A stretch of 64,000 nt of DNA, taken from the NCBI GenBank assembly GCA_013265495.1, contig MU061579.1, positions 6,548,124-6,612,123 on the forward strand, given 5' to 3'. Position 1 is the first letter of the stretch, and every line of letters begins with the position of its first letter. The notes below the pieces were generated by a model that did not search any database, was not told the origin of the DNA, and saw only the letters and a program-made list of their open reading frames with translations. A program made the position numbers and the translations under genes. This DNA comes from Vicugna vicugna. Its lineage: Eukaryota. Of the stretch, positions 13,061 through 27,130 are shown one piece after another.

Positions 13061-16000
13061 ATGTCTATAGTAAATCCTCTTCTATCAATAATTACATAAA
13101 ATAAAAAATGAATTAAATAAATTAAATTAATTCCTAATTAAAAGACAGAATAGCTGAATAGATAAAAAAACAAATTCCAACTGTATGCTGTATATAAAAG
13201 GCTCACTTCAGATTTCAGGACACACATGGGCTGAAAGAAAAAGGATAGGAAAAGATATTCCATGCAAATGGTAACCAAAAAAAAAGCAGAGGTGGTTATA
13301 TCTATAGCAGACAAAATAGACTTTAAGTCAAAAACTGTCACAAAACACAAAGAAGAACATTAAATAATGATAAAAGGGTAGATTCACCAAGAAGATATAT
13401 TAATTCTTAATATAGATATACCCACCATCAGTGCTCCTAAATATGTAAAGTATTAACAGTATTGAAGGGAGAAATAACAATACAATAATATCCCAATCTC
13501 AACAATGAATAGAACAACTAGACAGAAAATCAACAAACAGTGGACTTGGACAATATTATAGATGAATCTAACAGACATATATAGAATAGTCAAACAAACA
13601 GCAGTAAAAAATGTACTCTTCTCAAGCACACAAAAAATTATCCGAGATAAATCACATGTTGGTTCATAAAACAAGTTTTAACAATTTTAAGATTGAAATC
13701 ATACCAAGGGTCTACTCAAATCACAATGGACTGAAAGTAGAAAACAACAGCAGAGGGAAAACTGAAAAATTCACCAATACATGGAAATTAAGCAACACAC
13801 TTCGAACAACCAGTGGATCAAAGAAAGAAATAAAATGAGAAATTTAAAAATACCTAGGGACAAATGAAAATACAACATACCAAAATGTATGAATTTCAGG
13901 AAAAGCAGTATAAAGAGGGAAGTTAATGATGATAAATGTTTACATTGAAAAACAAGAAAGATCTCAAATAAACAGCTTAACTTTATGTTTCAAAGAACTA
14001 GAAAAAACAAATTAAATCAAATTTAAATGTTAGCCAGAAGGAAGTAATAAAGAACAGAGCAAAAATAAATGAAAAAAAAAAAAAGAACAGAAAAAAGTCA
14101 ATGAAACTGAGTTATTTTTTGAAAAGATAAACAAAATTAATATATTTAGCTACAAAAATTAAGAAAAGAGAGAAGATTCAAAGTAATAAATACAAAAATG
14201 AAACATGTTATAACTAATGCCACAGAAATAAAACGATTCATGAGAAATTACTATGAATAATTGCATGTCAAAAAATTGGGTAACTTAGAAAAAGTAAATG
14301 AATTCTTAGAAATGTTCAGCCTACCAAGACTGAATCATAAAGAAACAGAAATTCTGAAAAGCCCTATAACTAACAGGGAGATTGAGTTAGTAATCAAAAA
14401 CCTCCCAACAAAGAAAAGTCCAGAACCAGATGACTTCATTGGTAAATTCTACCAAACATTTACAGAGGAGTGCCAGTCCTTCTCAAACTCTTAAAAAATT
14501 TCAGTCTCTTCTTATGAGGCCAGCATTACCTTGATACCAAAGCCAGACAAGACACGACAAGAAAAGAAAACTACAGGCCAACTTCCATGAAGAATATAGA
14601 TGCAAAAATTCTCAACAAAATACCAGCAAATTGGGATACAAGGATGATTTAACATATGAAAGTCAACTAGTGTGATATACCATATTAACAGAATGAAGAC
14701 TAAGAATCACACGATCATCTCAATGGATGCAGAAAAAGCATTTATTAAAATATATATTCTTTTATGATTAAAAAATCTCTCAACAAACTAGGAATAGAAG
14801 AAAATTAACTTAAAATAATAAAAGCCACATACAAAAAGTGCACAACCAACATCAAACTCAAGAGGAAAAAAACTGAAATCTTTTCCATGAAGATCAGGAA
14901 CAAGACAAGAATGCTCACTCTCACCACTTCTATTCAGCATATTAACTAGTCAGGGCAATTTGGCAAGAGAAATAAATGAAAAGCATCCAAATCAGAAAGA
15001 AAGAAATATAACTGTTCCTGTTTGCAGATGACATGATATTAAATATAAAAAAACCCTATTCCAACCAAAAAAAAGTTAGAATTGATGAATTCAGTAAAGG
15101 TACAGGATACAAAGTCAACATACAAAAACTTCATTGTATTTCTATATGCTAATTATGAATTGTCTGAAAAAGAAAATGGGGAAACAATCCCTCTTATAAT
15201 AGTATCTAAAAGAATAAAATACCTAAAATAAACTTAACTAAGGAAGTGAAGGACTTCGATTTCAGTTCAGGATTGAAAACTGCAAAACATTTATAAAAGA
15301 AAGTAAAGAATACAAACAAATGAATAGATAACCTGAGTTTATGGATTAGAAGACTTAATATTGTTAAAATATCCATACCATCCAAACCAATCTACAGATT
15401 CCATGCCATCACTACAAAAATTCAAAACGTGTTTTTTATAGAAATAGAAAAAAATCCTCAAATTAAAAAAAAAAAACACAGAAGAGTCCAAATATCCAGA
15501 ATAGTCTTGAAAAAGAACAAAGCTGGCTTATCACCCTTCCTGATTTCAATATATTTACGAAGTTACCATAATTAAAATAGCATTGTACTTGTACAAAGAC
15601 AGACATCTAGACTATTCAAACAAAACAGAGAGCTCTAAAATAAATCCATGCATACTGATCTTTGACAAGGGTGCAATGAATAAACAGTAGGGAAAGGACA
15701 GTCTTTCAACAATGGAAAAATCGGATATCCACATGCAAAGGAATGAATTTGGATGTCATACACAAAAATCAATTCAAAATGGATTAAAGGCAAACATTTT
15801 TCATGACATTGATCTTGGCCATGATTTCATGCTTATGGCACCAAACCCACAGGCAATGGAAGCAAAAATACATAAGCTGGATTACATTAAACTAAGATGC
15901 TTGTACACAGCAAAGGATATAATCAAAGTGAAAAGGCAACCTATGGAATGGAAATAAAAACAAAACATATATATAATTAGGTTAATATTCATAATATATA

Positions 16001-16600
16001 AAGAACTCCTACCACTCAAAAGTATGAAAAAAAACCCCAAATAATCCAATTGAAAAATGGGCCAAGAACTCAAACAGACATTTCTCCAAAGAAGATATAC
16101 ATAAAAAGATGTTCAAAGTCACTATTCACCAGAGAAATGGAAATCAAGATCACAATGAGTTATCACCTCATATTTGTTAGCATGGCTTTTATCAATAAAA
16201 ACAAAGGACAACAAACATTGATGAGGATGTGGAAAACCTGGAACCCTTGTACACTGTTGGTGAGAATGCAAAATTGTGCAGCTGCTATTGAAAATAGCAA
16301 GAAATTTCCTCAAGAAATTAAAAAGAGAACTACCATATGAGCAATCCAACTTCAGGTTATTTATCTAAAAAAATGAGATCAGAATTTTGAAGATATATTA
16401 GCACCCCTATGTTCACTGCAGCAGTGCTCACAATAACCAAAATGTTGAAATAACCTAAATATCCCTTGAAGGAGAATAGATTTTTTTAAATGTGATATGT
16501 ACATAAAATGGAGTATTATTCAGCTTTAAAAATGGCAAATCCAGCAATACACAACAGCCTGTATGAACCTGGAAATCATAATGTCAAGTGAAATAAGCCA
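13061..16600 (+). pseudogene. L1 ORF2p (endonuclease/reverse transcriptase) remnant with many stops and frameshifts
   Basis: EN-like start at ATG 13061; LPRLNHKE...IELVIKNLPTKKSPEPDDFIGKFYQTF; RT motif FADDM (tttgcagatgacatg, 15021-15035); KVKRQPMEWK. Confidence 0.93.
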
Positions 16601-17423
16601 GTCACAAAGGACAAATATTGCTTGTTTCCATTTATGAGTTATGTAAATAGTCAAATTCATAAAAGAAATAATAGGACTGTGTTTGCTAGGAGAAAAATAG
16701 GAGTTTGCTAATCACCAAGTATAAAATTTCAGTTATGCGAGTTGAATAATTTCTAGAGAGCTGATGTATAACATTGTGCCTAAAGATAACAATACTGTAT
16801 TATATAATTAAAAAATCTGTTAAGTAGGTATAGATCTCATGTTGAGTGTTCTTAACCACAATATATTCTTTTCAAAAAGCCAAATAAAAATTAAAATGTT
16901 GCAAATGCAAAAGTTAAGGTGACAATTTAAAAGGTCTGTTGTCTCTACGAATCAGATCTGCACAGAGAATAGAGAAGGAGCTGGAGTGTTTGGGAAAACA
17001 TGTTTCATAACTACCATTAAGCCAGGAGCAACAGAAGAACACAAGTACAATAAAGGAAGATAGGCTGATTAAGCTGGAAGAGGAGAGATTTCTTTAGGAA
17101 AAAGGTTGACTATAGACAATAGACAAGAGTAAGGTGAAGTGGAAAATGAGAACTTGAACATCTATATACACAGAAAACAAAAAATAAGTTGTGCCAGATT
17201 TACCTATTTTGAATTGACTTAGGTCTGCCTGGATGAAAAGTGTATTGTAATTTATTGCATAGCCCTGTCCTCTCACATCTAAACATTTGTTCTAGCCTAC
17301 AAGTTATTTTTACAAATGTAGACACCCTCTTATTTCCACACAAAATCCTGAGCATCAAATTCAACGCCTCTTCAATCTGGATCTAGCCTGTCCTCCTAGT
17401 CACAGCTCCTCATTTGTTTATAC

Positions 17424-18550
17424 ATTCATTTATTCAATAGCATTTACTTGGAATTTACCAGTTGCCAGGTACTTTGCTAGTACATGGAAGACAGTGCTAA
17501 TAAGACATTCGCAGTCTCCTGCAACATAGATTTACTATCTTGATGAAAAGACAAATATTGTAGACAATTTCCAAAGTCAGTTTTCAGTTGGAATTTTATT
17601 AAGAGTAAAGGAGACAAACAACTGATCCAAGGTCATATAATAAAGGGACTTAACCAAGTCTTCCCTGTCAGATAAGTGTGCCCTGAGGAAATGGGGGCTA
17701 GCCTTAGCTCTAATTTTGAGTGGGTATTAGCTGGAAGATAGAGAGACAGAAGCTTTGGAGGTAGAGAGAGAGCTCATTCCAAGCAGAAGGGAAAAGCACA
17801 TGAGAAGGTCCTAAGGTAGTCAGAAGCAGATGTAGTCCACTTGAGGACGTAAAATGTGCTTAATGTTGTACAGTTAGAGCTCAGAATTCTCAAGATTAGC
17901 AAGTCAGGACTAACGTGACCAAGAAGTAGCTGGGTCATTACAGCTGCGTTGACCCAGGTGAAAAGAAGAAATTAGTTATGAGACTACAAGGGTGCTGTAC
18001 CAGAGGAAGTCAATACACGGAGTGGTTGAAAGCAGGTTACTAGGGCTCCTAATGTAAGTGGAAATAAGAGATGAGATTGGAAGTTTGCACGAAGGTGTGG
18101 GGGCATTATAAGGCTTGTCTTCACCGAGAACAACTGGACACCACTGAAGTTTTCAAAGGTGAGGAAAGACAGGGTCACACTTGTATTTTAATTTATCTTA
18201 TTTTATTTTTATTGAAGTATAGTTGAAATATATTAGTTTCAGGTGTGCAACATGGTGATTTGATGTTTTTATACATTACAAAATGATCACTACTATGAGC
18301 CATTACCATCTGTCACCTACCAAGCTATTACACTCTTATTGACTATATTCCCTATGCTGTACATTACATCCCCCAACCACTTTATAACAGGAAGTTTGGA
18401 CCTCTTAATCCCCTTCACTTATTCCACCCAACCCCCACCACCTCCCTCTCCTCTGGAATACTTGCATTTTTAAAAAGGTCAGCATGACTACAAACTGAAG
18501 AATGGTGGTCAGAGACATGTAGGGACAAAGAAAGCAGGTGGAGACCGATG
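17424..18550 (-). mobile_element. L2 (3' end at left), interrupted by an L1 tail
   Basis: cattcatttattcaatagcatttacttgg...gttgccaggtactttgctag; cattccaagcagaagggaaaagcacatgagaaggtcctaagg; resumes after 18460. Confidence 0.75.
18190..18459 (-). mobile_element. 5'-truncated L1 3' end (L1MA9-like) inserted in L2
   Basis: ttttattgaagtatagttg...gtttcaggtgtgcaacatggtgatttga; degenerate TSD acttgtatttt (18179-18189) / acttgcatttt (18460-18470). Confidence 0.85.
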
Positions 18551-18559
18551 CTCTCACTC

Positions 18560-18985
18560 ACAATTCCCTAAATGTGCCTTAAGACTTCTCACCCCTGCAT
18601 CACTGCTGACTCGTTTTTCCTTTTGAAATATGTTGCCTCTGTCAACCCCTTTCCCTATCTCAACATATCAAAATTTCGTATGTCCTTCATTGCCCTACCA
18701 AAATTCTGCTCCTTCATAAGTCTAACCATCAATCAGTATGGTTCTGAAAGATCATCTTATTCTCTAGGAATTAATTCCTCTTACTTTCAGTCGATCCATT
18801 TATACTTAGAACATTTTTGTACCACTTTGTCATACTTCAGACAGTTTACCTTTATTCTGTATTGGCTGCAAGGGTTTTTCTAGTCCTCATTTTTTTGAGG
18901 ACATATATCTTTTCGCTCTGTATCCTTCTAGCATCTAGGATAGTGCTTACAAACAACAGATGGTAATTTAAAAAAATTTTAACTA
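18560..18985 (+). mobile_element. L2 fragment
   Basis: 3'-like end ctgtatccttctagcatctaggatagtgcttacaaacaacagatgg. Confidence 0.55.
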
Positions 18986-20005
18986 TCTGTAACATGAAGA
19001 TTCTCAATGCATGATTTGAAGGATGTTGGGGCACTTAACAGAGATATCCAAAATGGGAAGTTCAGCAAAGAACCTGACTGTTTTCTGCATAGATTATTTC
19101 ATTACTCCCTTGCTGGGCTGCCAATATCACCTGATCCACATGTTAAAACCTGGTTTTTAGAGATTTCTTCAATTAGTATTGTCCTTTCTGATTGAGAAAT
19201 AAGTGCAACCTTTTAAATGTTTTATTTCCAGAGTTAATATGTTTGTATGGTTGATGGATGTCATTAATAAAATCCATTAGGAAAGAAAGAATATAAATAA
19301 TTGCTCTGTGAAATGGAAAATGCTAATTGCTAGAGAGAGTCCAGGAGAATCGTTTTGCTTGGATAGGCAGCACCAAACTCTGTAATTGCTTAGTGCTCTC
19401 CCTTTGTGTTTTCATAGGAGCAACAACCAGTGATTTCTTGTTAGTCTATAGTTTTATTTGTACCATACACCTGCTGCTTCTAAATGTAACAATTAACTTG
19501 TGCAATTTATAATTCTATACCTTCTTTAAAATCATCATAATTCTGCTTAGTTAAAAAGATAGTTTCCACAGTATGTGTTTTGGGTTGTACTGGGATAAAT
19601 CATTTAACTATCACATACAAAAAAAAAATCTTACTTCCCTTAACTACTTTTCTGAAGGGCAGCCTCCTTAGGTACTTGTGTTGTTCTCGCCAAACTGTTT
19701 TATCTGACACCAAACATAGGCTTCACATTTCCAAGTAAAGTACAACATCTCTCAAGGTTTGTTGTCATGTTTCCAATCCTGTGGGTGTCTCCCAGGCAAC
19801 AGAATTTTAGGGGGACTAAGCATAGTATATGAAAAACAGATGGAAATTGAGATGTTGATCAAGTGAACAGTGGAAACTAGAAAAATGACAGACCTTATAT
19901 AGATGTTTATAACCTAATGATACTGCAAGGAGCAAGTAGTGAAAATTGACTGCTGATATACCAGCCTATAATAGACAGAGCTGGAGGTAGGCTGTCTTGA
20001 CCAAT

Positions 20006-20510
20006 ATGGAAGGCAGGATAATTTCTGCAATTCCCCAAATATGGCCACATCCTAATTCCCAGAATCTAAGAATAGGTTAGGTGACATGAGAAAGAGGAAT
20101 TAAGGTTGCTAATCAGTTGACTTTATAATAAGAAGGTTATCCTGTATTATCTAGGTGGGCCCAATGTAATCACATGTCCTTAAAACAAAAAGTAGGAAAA
20201 GGAGGCAGAAGAGTCAGAGAGAGCTGTGACTACAACCAGACAGACAGAAAAGCAACACTGTTGGCTTTGAAGATGGGGGACAGGATCCAAGCATTAAGGC
20301 AGGCTGGTGGCCTCTTAAAAAGAAGTAAGGAAATGAATTCTCCCCTGGAATCTCCAGAAAGAAATGCAGCCTTGCCAGTGCCTTAATTTTAGTCCACTGG
20401 GGCCCAATTTGGGTTTCTGACATCCAGTAATGTACAGTAACAAATTCATGTTGTTTCAAGTCACAAAATTTGTGGTAGTTGGTTACAGCCATGATAGGGA
20501 AATAGTAAAA
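20006..20510 (+). mobile_element. MaLR solo LTR (MLT1D-like)
   Basis: ccacatcctaattcccagaatc; tattatctaggtgggcccaatgtaatcac; ggaaatgaattctcccctggaatctccagaaagaaatgcagcc; tttgtggtagttggttacagcc. Confidence 0.9.
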
Positions 20511-22515
20511 TTAGCATGTTTGTCTTTTCTTCACTGTTACAGGGCTTGGGGCCTAAGGGAATCCTCAGGATTAAAATAAACATAAAATATATGCATAGAG
20601 TAGGTGGGAAAAATGGAACAATACTACAAGGTCCAGTAGTTTCTAGACCATGAGGGATCCAATATATGATGTGGTTTAGGCCAACACAAAAATATGGGAC
20701 AAGAGTTCTCCTTGACATATAGATTTTTTTTAGAATCAGTACCACCCCCTCTTCACAGTTCTCTCCCCAGTATTTCCCTGAGGCATCTACAGAAAAGGCC
20801 TAAAATACTGCATGAGTATCTGAGATCAAAAGACACTTCTCATGACTCACACCATCCAGTTCCCCCCTTTCTACACACCAGACACTGCCACTGGCTGGGG
20901 GAGCTCCTGATATTCTTGTCCTAAAAATGGAGGCAGGTTGCTATGGTACAAGATGGAAAATGAGGGTTTCAATGAGTTAAATATAGCCTGAAATTGTGAA
21001 CCATGAAATAGTTTTGCAAGATAAGTGGAAGTCAGAGTCAGTAGGCTGCATTACTGACAAACTCCATAAAATCAAATATCTCTACGTAGGGTTCCCTGTC
21101 TTCAGGCTTGGACAAATTCTTTCTGTGTGCTGGGCCAAAGCCAGACTACACATCTCACTCAGAATTTCTCCCCTAAGTTTCATTGTTTCTGGAAGGTCTT
21201 CCAGGTACACTGTGGTTCTTCCTGATACAGGCCATTGGTTGTAAAATGGAGATGGAAACTAAAGTTGAAGAACATATTTTATTTGGAAAAACATCATGCA
21301 TTATTATAGGCAAGTCCTGCTATGAAGAGAACAGTGGATCAGGTATGCTGCAGTAAGAGGTGTAATAGTAGAAGTACTCTGCTAGCATGAAAATAATGTA
21401 ATTTCATTAGGCTATGGTCAGGGGGACATGCAGAAATGGTCCTGGAGAGAGGTGGGCATGCATATGAAAGATGTAGATTAAAACCATATAAAATTAGGAT
21501 ACAAAGAAATGTCTAAAGTTGGGTATCTGTGTGCTTTCACATCTAAAGAAAAACAGTATCGTTTTCTCTCTCTCTCTTACACAGACACACACAAAGAGGT
21601 ATCTGGAGGAAAAGAATACAGAATGACATTACATATAATATTGTCATGAATATGTTCCCACCAATCAATGGGCATAACTATGAGAAATGGTAAAACCAGA
21701 GATTTGAGTTATAACAGAACTTTGGGAAACCCAGGTTTCTATTCTAGGTTTGTGCAATGGACTACTAAAATTTTATTTGTATAGCACTCAATGTTTTGAA
21801 TAGAGAAAAAGAGGCAATAAAGATGCTAATGCAAGAAGCTTTATACAAGGGATTAAAATAAGGGTAGTTGTCTAGTTCTTTTTTAACATTTGTCACTCAT
21901 ATTTAGAGACTAAGGGGGAGTTTAATTGAATCTTTGTGTTGCCTACTCCTCTCCAGATCATGAAATTCCCAGGGGAACAATACATCTAATATACATAAAG
22001 AGTGAGAAGCAAATCCACCCCTCCCTTATCATTAGCTGAGACTCCTATAATATTTTCTGTAGAAGAACTCTGGTAAAGCTTGATTTGAAATCTCAATTCA
22101 ATTTGGAGTCCTATGCCAAGAGTTAAATCACAGAATCTTAACATTCTCTTATCAGTCACATAGTGTAGAAACATAAAGCAACGAAGCTTAGTCTGAAACA
22201 GAGTGTGATCAGGCACGAAAGAGGCCTTGGCTCTAGTTCAGCTTAAATTCCAGTATGTTGAAGAAAGGATAAGAAAAAGAAGGGAGATACAGGCACAGAA
22301 GATTTTAGTACAATAATTCCCTGCACTTATAAAACTGAGTTTAAAATTTATCTTGCCACTTAATCAATCATATTAATATTTCCTACTCTTATGAAGAAGC
22401 ATGGAAGAGTGTAGGCAGTAAAAAGAAATGGAGAGATGCTTTCTTTTATAACACATGGTAGCAAACATGGAATGCTAGGGTCTAAGTTGTCCTGACAGTA
22501 CTACTAACACAAAGG

Positions 22516-22928
22516 GTATTAATTAGTAGAGCTCTGGTGGCTATAACAAATAACACCCCCTCCCCAAATTTCAGTGTTTTAAAGATGGGATTTTATTTCT
22601 TCCCCATATAACACTCCACATGGAAAATCAAAGGCCCAGACTCCTCCCATCTTGTGGCTCCTCTACTAGCCATGGAGTCTTCTGCCTGCAGCTGGCAGAA
22701 GAAAAATAAAGTGGAGAAAGCATTCTCACTTCTTAAACATTTTGGTCTTGAAGTGACGCTATGTCACTTCTCACCTTCCATTGATTAGAACTTGGTCATA
22801 CTTGGGTGGAAGTGTGACCAGAATATACTGTCCCTGCCTGGAAAGTCACCTCCCAGTGACAATTTTATACAATGGAAGAGGAAACACAAAGGTTTGGTTT
22901 AGACATCCAGCCAACTGCCTTGCCTACC
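22516..22928 (-). mobile_element. MaLR solo LTR (MLT1J-like)
   Basis: gctataacaaataacacc...aaatttcagtg; cctcccatcttgtggctcc; gaagtgac...tcacttctcaccttccattgattagaac. Confidence 0.75.
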
Positions 22929-24042
22929 TTTGGCAATTCACCAAGAGACTCATGGGGATTTGTTTTTTATTTTTGTCTGAGAATTTTTAGACTTGGTGTC
23001 TGAAACCTACTGCTAAATTTGCTATATCATTCTGATCCCTAGTGCCATCTTAAGCTACTTCCTTTAATTTACTATGTGCTTAAATAAGTCTTGGTGGAAG
23101 CATCTGTTTTGAGTTTTCCTGTTAGAAATAAACATAGTATCTAGCACTTCACTCTGGAAACTTCAGGTAAAAATATTTATTGAATTAAAAATGAGAAAAG
23201 AGATTTCCCAATCTCTTCTTCTTCCCTAGTCAGTCAGGGTTCCAATTAAATATCTAGATCATTATTTCAGTGAGACAGGAAAGAAGGGTCAAAATCAGAA
23301 TAATAAGCTCATCTTCTGACAGTCTTTCTTTCATTATCATAGTTTAGATTTAAATCTAAACCTGAAAAACAAATACCAAATTCATACCTAAAGGATATGT
23401 GCAGTGAAGTTATTCAATTTACAATGCACAGAGGTTTGTGGGGATGGGGACAAGGTGATCCCTCCTCATCTCTTAGCTACACTGACTGAGTCTCATAAGA
23501 ATAAAACTTGCTGATAAGGGTGGGATGAAGACAAAGCTCTCCACCTACCTGCAATCTCCTCCTACTACAACCTGGATGAGTTTAGAAGTAAGGACTCATC
23601 AGTGCTAAAAACATTGTGGAGAAATGCTTGGATTCTAAAGAAAAACAAGATATGTTTAATGCATAAAATACTGAAAAATTTAGTGGAAGAAAATCATATT
23701 TATTTTCAGACCCAGAGTAATAGTCTTTTTAAATTGAACTTAAAAAACAATAGAGAAACAGTGCCCTATTTAGGAAAATGCCAGTTCCTGTATCTTCTTT
23801 TACAGACATATAATATGAAAGACTATTATATATACACCAAATCCATTGCTAAGGATTCCCAATCAACTTGGACCTTAATACATAGAGCAAAATGATGTAG
23901 ATTGCTTTGAAAAGACACTCAGAAACTACCAAAATGAGGATAACTCTCTAATCCTGGTATTATGTACAAAATAACTTCAGGGGCCAGATTAAACATTAAT
24001 AATTAGTTACTCATGAAAGTCAGGGGAAATGGCTTCAAGTGA

Positions 24043-24391
24043 TGTCTTAGTTTGGGCTGCTATAACAGTGTACGTTAGACTGGGTGGCTTAAACAACATT
24101 TATTTCTCACAGTTCTGGAGACTGGAAGTCTGAGATCAGGGTCCCAGCATAGATGGTGTGGGCCCTCTTACTGGTTACGTGCTCACATGGCCTTCTTTGG
24201 TGGGTGCATGCATAGAGAGTGATATTGTGTCTTTTCCTCGTTTTAAAAGGGCATTAATTTCATCATGGGGCTTCTGTCCTCAGGAATTCATCAAACCCTA
24301 AGACTTCCCAAGGCCCCACTTTCAAATACCATTACATTTCAGATTAAGGCTTCAATGTATGAATTTCAAGGGGAACACTCAATCCTTAACA
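24043..24391 (-). mobile_element. MaLR solo LTR (MLT1A/A0-like)
   Basis: tgtcttagtttgggctgctataaca...atttatttctcacagttctggagactggaagtctgagatcagg; ends ggaacactcaatccttaaca. Confidence 0.9.
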
Positions 24392-24810
24392 TCTGGCAAT
24401 CATTAAAGAAGTGCTATTTATATAGTTCATGCGTCCTGGGAAAACTCCCATGCTAATATTCCAATAAAATCTAAAAGACTTTCCCTCTCTATCTTTCTCT
24501 TTCTCTCAATAAAATATCTTGGCTAGAATTTATTTGATGGAAATCAAAAGATGAAGAAAACTAGAAGACATTTCTTTTCTATCATATATCATTAGTTAGA
24601 TACTGAATGCCATACATGCAAATCCTCAAGATGGTATGACGTGTGTATGTTTATGTGTGTGTTCCTTATTTTAAAATAACTTTAAGGGGCCCTTGGCATA
24701 AAATCAATTAAATTTCTTTTAATTAGAAGATAAACTTCATAAAGGGTGTGTGCCAAATTTGAAGAGTGTACGTGGAAATGAAGGTACCCGTTTTGAGTCC
24801 TAGTATAGAC

Positions 24811-25056
24811 AGGCAGTGATTCTCGCTGGTTAAGCACTCAGTTGCTACAGCAATGAACTTGAATTTAAACTTGGTTCTTCTACTAGGTGTATGAATTCAA
24901 ACAATTACTCAATTTCTGTGCCTCAGTAATCTCATCAGATAAAGAAGGATCATAAGTTTGTTGTGAGGATTAAATGAGTTAAAAATGTGAAGCACTTAGA
25001 ACAGTACTTAGAACACACAAGAAGCTATATATGTATTTTTGTTGTTATTATTATTA
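24811..25056 (+). mobile_element. MIR SINE, near full length
   Basis: tctgtgcctcagtaatctcatcagataaa; gttgtgaggattaaatgagttaa; aagcacttagaacagtac; ttattattatt tail. Confidence 0.85.
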
Positions 25057-26363
25057 CTGTCACTGCTATTGCTACTACTACTACAAGGGAACAAGAAGGC
25101 TCCAGGAGAATCCCTGTAGCAGCCAATAGTAACTTAAGGCAAAACAAGGTAGAAATGAAAGTTCCAGGGATGAAACCAGTACTTAGACATTACTGAAGAA
25201 AGTATGAATAATTTAATTTAGTTTATGGGAATAGAATTAATGGAAAAGAGAGGAAAGGATGAAGACAGTGTTTGAAAAATGTGAATCACAGAAAAAGAAA
25301 GTAATAATCACACAACCAGGTCATACTAAGAATTACATCTAAAAATAAGACCAGGAGGACAGAACTAACTAGCTACCAATACCAGGAAATAAAGAGAGAA
25401 CATGGTCCTGACACATCAGCCATAGTCAGTTGGCTTTCGAAATTATGGTGATGGGAATGCAGAACCCAAGTAAGTCTGAGGTTGTGGCTGCATCTTGCAG
25501 GCCACACAAGTAGCCTGGCTTCCCCCTACTGGGATGTACTGGTGGAGAAGACCCCAACAGCTTCAAACTCCACTTTGTCTCCTTGGTTCCCATTTGTTTT
25601 GGGAGATGAGTAAGGAGCTAAACTTACCTGGACTCTCCTTTTGAAAATTTGTATCAAAATTAAGATGAAAAGTTACTGACAGAAGGAGAGGAAGGCAAGA
25701 TGTATTTGGAATCTTCAACATATTATTTTTTGGGTTGGCTATGAATGAAGGTAAAAAGAACTGACTGCATACTTCTGTCTAGTGTTGTTATAGAAAGAGC
25801 TAAATTTAAAGGAAGCATTTATTCCTAATCAAAGGGAAAACTTGGAGTAAAGTCTGTTCCAAAGTCAACTTTCAAAACTGCACATTTATTCGGCAGCAAA
25901 TACTGGAAATACACCATTTCATGCTCAAGAGAGTTATCCCTGCTCTGCATTAATATCTTTGATTCAGAGGGTGATGGGCAGTGAGTGGCAGATATGGTAA
26001 CTCAAAAGGCAGAGTGCAGGGAGAAGGTGATGGTTTTGCTACCTGGTAGTAAAGAGTAAGACTTTAACAGTTAACAAAACAAAACAAAACACTAGCAAGT
26101 GATAAGCTCCACCCTCTCCTCCATCATAACTAATATTTAGAGAAAGACATTTTTATTTTAAAAAAGCAATATTTTTCCTTTAAATAAAGATAGGTATTTC
26201 TGTTTGCACTATAACATTTGGGATCTCGTCTCTACTTCATGATCTTCATAATTTTTTTTTTAATTTCTATGAAAAATTTATGTGGAGACAATCAGTGGTT
26301 TGAAGCAATGTGATCTGACCCAGGGCCCCTTTCCTAGGGATTGTAGTATTTGCCTATTCATAT

Positions 26364-26455
26364 CTCATCTCTTCTCTTCTCTCTCTCCTCTCTTCTTCTT
26401 CTCCTTGTCCTTCTTCTTCTTCTTTCCCTCCCTCTTTTCCATTCCCCTCTTTTCT
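26364..26455. repeat. CT/CTT-rich low-complexity tract
   Basis: Pyrimidine run seen directly; explains the poly-Leu and Glu/Arg-rich ORFs at 26350-26572. Confidence 0.9.
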
Positions 26456-26494
26456 TAAAACTGCTAGGTGCCCTTTTACAGAGAGGGCAATGCC

Positions 26495-26656
26495 ATTTAA
26501 CAACTCTGTGCTTTCATTCTCCCATCTATAAAATAGGATCAAGAATAACTCTAGGTTATGAAAATTAAACAAGACATTCTATAGTAATGAACTTTGCAAA
26601 GTATTTGGTGCATTGTAAGTGATCCAAAAATGGTAGCAATAATAATGGTGATGATT
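26495..26656 (+). mobile_element. MIR SINE (3' half)
   Basis: actctgtgctttcattctcccatctataaaatagga. Confidence 0.7.
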
Positions 26657-27130
26657 ATCAAAGAAAAACTGTATTAGAGAGAGTTAAAGATATAAGAAAG
26701 ACTTTATGTGAGACTACTGCAATCAGGGAGGGAGACTGAACTCCACTGAAAAAAAACGCAGGAGTGGTTTTTAAGCATTGGGGTAAGCTAGTAGATTAGA
26801 ACTGGAGAATGTTGGTGAATAGGTAGTCAATGTGATTAGGCCATAAATGTTTGCTAACTGTCCTAAATTAAGCTCCTACCTTCCCACAGAGACTAGGAGA
26901 TAGTGACTGTATCTCCTTTGATGATCCCATTTCACCCCAGGGCTGTGAGAAAGACATGCCTTGGTTATAAAACTGGCAAGAGGCTGGGTGAAACATTAGG
27001 TCTAAAGGGGCAGAGAGAATTTACAGTGAAAAGTTTATTAAGTAAATACTCTAGGAAAAGGGAGGTTAGGGGTGTAGAGGCAGGAAGAAGCCTATCTAGA
27101 GTTTAGTCAAGTGAGGCAGCCTTGATCCTG
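26657..27130 (-). mobile_element. ERV1 solo LTR (MER31-like)
   Basis: tcaaagaaaaact...agttaaag...gactactgcaat; gctcctaccttcccacagagactaggagatag; ttggttataaaactggcaagaggctggg; agagtttagtcaag. Confidence 0.75.

Larger units (their letters stand above)
10200..16895 (+). mobile_element. Near-full-length decayed LINE-1 (L1MA8-10-like 3' end); 5' boundary uncertain
   Basis: Collinear 5'UTR, ORF1 remnants, ORF2 remnants, and a 3'UTR ending aacaatactgtatt...tagatctcatgttgagtgttcttaaccaca plus A-rich tail. Confidence 0.92.

Noticed and set aside
10200..16895. Active L1
   Set aside because: Both ORFs are broken by many stops and frameshifts, and ORF1 carries a SINE insertion.
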